Source of the DNA: an uncultured Gemmatimonadota bacterium
Lineage (GTDB): Bacteria; Gemmatimonadota; Gemmatimonadetes; Gemmatimonadales; Gemmatimonadaceae
DNA length: 64,000 nucleotides
NCBI GenBank assembly: GCA_902826615.1
Contig: CADEFN010000012.1
Coordinates: forward strand, 4,521 to 68,520
Direction: 5' to 3'
Each line of letters begins with the position of its first letter. Within the stretch, counting starts at the first letter, position 1. A program made the position numbers and the translations under genes. Of the stretch, positions 62,062-64,000 are shown in pieces. The notes under the pieces are model-generated. The model did not search any database. It was not told where the DNA came from and saw only the letters and a program-made list of their open reading frames with translations.

Positions 62062-62439
62062 ATGCGCGAGAGTCTTCTGCGTCGGCGTGGGCCTGAGAGA
62101 TACAGCGATCCGAAACCGCAGCGTAGCACAAGCCTCGCGTGTTCGACGGGCCCCCGTTCGCACCGCCGAGTCCGGGTCAGCCGTACTGTCGCCGTCCTCA
62201 CGGCCGCCCTGCTGCTGCCGGCCGCGGCGCTTGCGCAGTCCCCATGGGAACGCGCGGCCGGCAACCTCGAGCAAACGTTCACCGGGCCGCTGGCGCGGTC
62301 ATTGGCACTTGTTGCGATCGTTCTCGGCGGCCTGATGTTCATGTTCGGCGAGGCCGGGGCAAAGCGTCAGATCAGCGGCATCGTGTTCGGTGGCGGCTTG
62401 GCCCTGTTCGCGGCGCAGTTCCTGACCTGGCTGTTCTGA
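62062..62439 (+). CDS. virB2: T4SS pilin TrbC/VirB2 (second element)
   Basis: The C-terminal 66 aa match 59 of 66 residues of the first copy (...TGPLARSLALVAIVLGGLMFMFGEAGAKRQISGIVFGGGLALFAAQFLTWLF). The start is uncertain. Confidence 0.8.
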   Translation: MRESLLRRRGPERYSDPKPQRSTSLACSTGPRSHRRVRVSRTVAVLTAALLLPAAALAQSPWERAAGNLEQTFTGPLARSLALVAIVLGGLMFMFGEAGAKRQISGIVFGGGLALFAAQFLTWLF

Positions 62440-62450
62440 GGCGATCCGCC

Positions 62451-62750
62451 ATGCTTGCCAGCCAGCCGCCCTCGTTCCGCCCGGTATACAAGGCGCTCCA
62501 CCGCCGTCTGACGGTCTGGGGTGTCGAGCGGCGCCTGTTCTTTCTGGCACTGCTGATGGGCGCCGCGACGTTCAACCTTTTCTACTCATTCCTCGCCGGC
62601 CTGCTGATGTTCGGCGGCTTGTACGGCTTCGCCGCTTGGGCGACCACGCGCGACCCGGACATGCTCCAGATCCTCCTGTCGTCGTCTCGGCTCCGCCGTC
62701 GCTTCGACCCGGCGAAGCACGAACGCCAGGACATCGAGGTGACCGCATGA
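62451..62750 (+). CDS. virB3: T4SS VirB3/TrbD (second element)
   Basis: 99 aa from ATG 62451, the tail of track ORF 62139..62750. Sequence: YKALHRRLTVWGVERRLFFLALLMGAATFNLFYSFLAGLLMFGGLYGFAAWATTRDPDMLQIL. Confidence 0.75.
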   Translation: MLASQPPSFRPVYKALHRRLTVWGVERRLFFLALLMGAATFNLFYSFLAGLLMFGGLYGFAAWATTRDPDMLQILLSSSRLRRRFDPAKHERQDIEVTA

Positions 62751-64000
62751 TGCGCCTGGACCGCATTCTTCGCGACTACGCCGAGGCGGGCGCGGTGAAC
62801 GCCCAGATCGCCCTCTGGGGTTTCGTCGATGACCACACCTTCCTGACGAAAGCCGGGCACGTCGGAGTCGTCTATCGGATCCGCGGCACCGACGCCGAGG
62901 GGCTCACCCATGACCAGCGACGCGTGCTCGTCCATCAGATGGAGGCGGCCCTCCGCCTGCTCGATGACCGGTGTCGCGTGTATCAGTACGTGCTCAAGGA
63001 GGAGGCCGTCCCGTTCGTAGCGGCGCCGTGCTCACGCCCGGTAGCCCAGGAGGCGGTAGCCCGTCGCGCCGACTTTCTGAACAGCCGCCTCGCGGGCCTC
63101 TTTACCGTCGATCACTTCCTCGTCCTGATCTACGAACCAGCCGCGGCACGCTCGACCAGGTCGGTCGCCGACGCCCTCCGTCAGCCGCGCGAGACGCTGC
63201 GCAATTGGCTGTCCCACGGGCGTCGCTGCCGGCTCGTGGAGGCGGACCTCGATCGGGCCATCGAGTCGCTCCATCACCGGGCGAAGGGCCTGGAGTCGCA
63301 TCTTGCCGACGTCGGCATCGAGCGGCTTGCCAAGCGTGGCGCCTTCACCTTCTTCCGACGCTTGGTGAACTACGACCCGGCGCGCGCCGCCGCGGCGTCT
63401 CTGGCCTACGACACCCACCTCGACTACTTCGTCGCGGATTCGCCCATCGAGTGCCACCGCGATCATCTGCTGGTCGGGCGCCACGCCGTCAAGGTGTTGA
63501 CGATGAAGGAGCCGCCAGCCCAGACGTTCGCGCACATGCTCGCGGACATCGTAACGGTGCCAAGTCAATGCGTCATGTGTCTGGAGTGGCAACGGCTACC
63601 GGCTGACCGCGTGCGGCGGGACATCCAGTCGCGCCGGCGGCACTTCTTCAACAAGCGGGTGTCGCTCATCAACTACGTGTCATCCGAGACGCGGCCCGAA
63701 GAGATGCTCGTGGACGACTCCGCGAATGCGATGGTGCGCCAGCTCGGGGACGCGCTGACTGAGACCGAGGTGCATGGTCACTTCTTCGGGATGGCCTCTC
63801 TGTCGCTTGTGCTGATAGGCACCGACCGGCGTGCCCTGGATGGAGCCGCAGCGGACGCGATAAAGATGCTGGCGTCCCATGATGGAGCGGCGTTCGAAGA
63901 GTCCTACAACCTGTTGAACGCCTGGCTCGCTGTCATTCCAGGCAACGGCGCCTACAACCTTCGACGGCTGTCGCTGCTCGAAACGAACCTTGCCGACCTG
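62747..64000 (+). CDS. virB4: T4SS ATPase VirB4/TrbE (second element), 5' 418 codons; continues past the right edge
   Basis: The frame is open from ATG 62747 to the end of the window, so it is not in the track. MMRLDRILRDYAEAGAVNAQIALWGFVDDHTFLTKAGHVGVVYRIRG... aligns with the first VirB4, with clearly lower identity than the pilins. Confidence 0.85.
   Translation, partial: MMRLDRILRDYAEAGAVNAQIALWGFVDDHTFLTKAGHVGVVYRIRGTDAEGLTHDQRRVLVHQMEAALRLLDDRCRVYQYVLKEEAVPFVAAPCSRPVAQEAVARRADFLNSRLAGLFTVDHFLVLIYEPAAARSTRSVADALRQPRETLRNWLSHGRRCRLVEADLDRAIESLHHRAKGLESHLADVGIERLAKRGAFTFFRRLVNYDPARAAAASLAYDTHLDYFVADSPIECHRDHLLVGRHAVKVLTMKEPPAQTFAHMLADIVTVPSQCVMCLEWQRLPADRVRRDIQSRRRHFFNKRVSLINYVSSETRPEEMLVDDSANAMVRQLGDALTETEVHGHFFGMASLSLVLIGTDRRALDGAAADAIKMLASHDGAAFEESYNLLNAWLAVIPGNGAYNLRRLSLLETNLADL

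Overview
High-GC bacterial DNA, roughly two-thirds G+C by eye. The abundance of CarboxypepD_reg and very large FtsX-type permease genes makes Acidobacteriota a weak guess. Almost the whole window is mobile or accessory DNA.

(1) Bases 1-17.7 kb are the right part of a conjugative element. It carries cargo genes, an ECF-like sigma factor and a complete VirB/Trb-type type IV secretion system: VirB2-B3-B4-B9-B10, two TrbJ/VirB5-like genes, VirB6, VirB8, coupling protein and VirB11. It ends at a stranded 3' half of tRNA-Thr(CGU).

(2) Bases 17.7-48.2 kb are a patchwork of islands.
- An ICE-type accessory block: SpoVG-like, DUF932, RadC and an excisionase-like HTH.
- A six-gene lasso-peptide cluster, 25.5-31.9 kb, with atypical precursor, exporter and tailoring genes.
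- Thiol-redox and secreted-protein genes.
- One intact IS3-family element plus two fragments of it.
- A decayed RepB-type primase gene and an IS481 remnant.
- A secreted metzincin-bulb-lectin operon.
- Four copies of an att-like unit that ends in a degenerate tRNA-Ser-like T-arm/acceptor.

(3) Bases 48.2-64 kb are the left part of a second, related but diverged element. It carries a tyrosine integrase, a type III R-M system, a McrC remnant, a Gabija-like OLD/UvrD pair translationally coupled to a third Mrr-like nuclease gene, and an IS91 remnant. A sigma/anti-sigma pair follows, then VirB2-B3-B4 running off the right edge.

I saw no rRNA, intact tRNA or CRISPR array. The most interesting candidates are the lasso cluster, the three-gene Gabija variant, the triplicated SpoVG-like genes and the serial att remnants. 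All functional calls rest on motif recognition by eye; no database search was run.
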